The notes under the pieces are model-generated. The model did not search any database, was not told where the DNA came from, and saw nothing but the letters and a program-made list of their open reading frames with translations. A stretch of DNA of 64,000 bases, taken from positions 15,004,001 through 15,068,000 of the forward strand of contig NW_027266270.1 in assembly GCF_022045235.1 (NCBI RefSeq), in the 5' to 3' direction. A program made the translations under genes and the position numbers. Positions 63,876 through 64,000 of the stretch are shown in pieces. The stretch comes from Haliotis cracherodii (Eukaryota). How positions within the stretch are numbered: position 1 is the stretch's first letter; every line of letters starts with the position of its first letter.

Positions 63876-64000
63876 TTGGAATACGAGAATTTGAGCGCCA
63901 CGTCAATCTCGATCCATTGAAACTATATGACATGTACAAACAGTCCTTTAGTCTTCATGTGTACATTTGCAGAGTTACAAATAAATATGTGTTACTACTG

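Overview
Eukaryotic, AT-rich, gene-poor DNA, most likely from a mollusc. The SINE families with (ACTC)n/(CAAA)n tails resemble gastropod (abalone-like) repeats, but the taxon is inferred from memory and not verified. No intact host protein-coding gene is recognisable, and most ORFs in the track are chance frames through SINEs. Positions ~190-38.8 kb are a degenerate tandem array of three ~13-15 kb units, with a further inverted partial copy at ~45.8-46.6 kb. Comparing the units exposes filled and empty insertion sites and two candidate cryptic exons. Four short retroposon families share one 3' tail. Three have tRNA-derived heads. The most abundant (family A, about 15 copies) instead starts with a precisely bounded, highly structured ~85-nt head (CCCGTG...ACGGG), which is the best candidate here for an undescribed functional RNA (ribozyme or internal promoter). 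Other elements are a 5'-truncated RTE-X-like LINE with one frameshift; relics of L2, R4/Dong, mariner, MULE, Crypton and a RAG1/Transib-related (CMC) transposase; Kolobok-like, Tc1/pogo-like and CACTA-like non-autonomous elements; a 29-bp minisatellite that grew from a Kolobok internal motif; and a 138-N assembly gap. All family names come from motif recognition by eye, and boundaries are approximate where no TSD is given.
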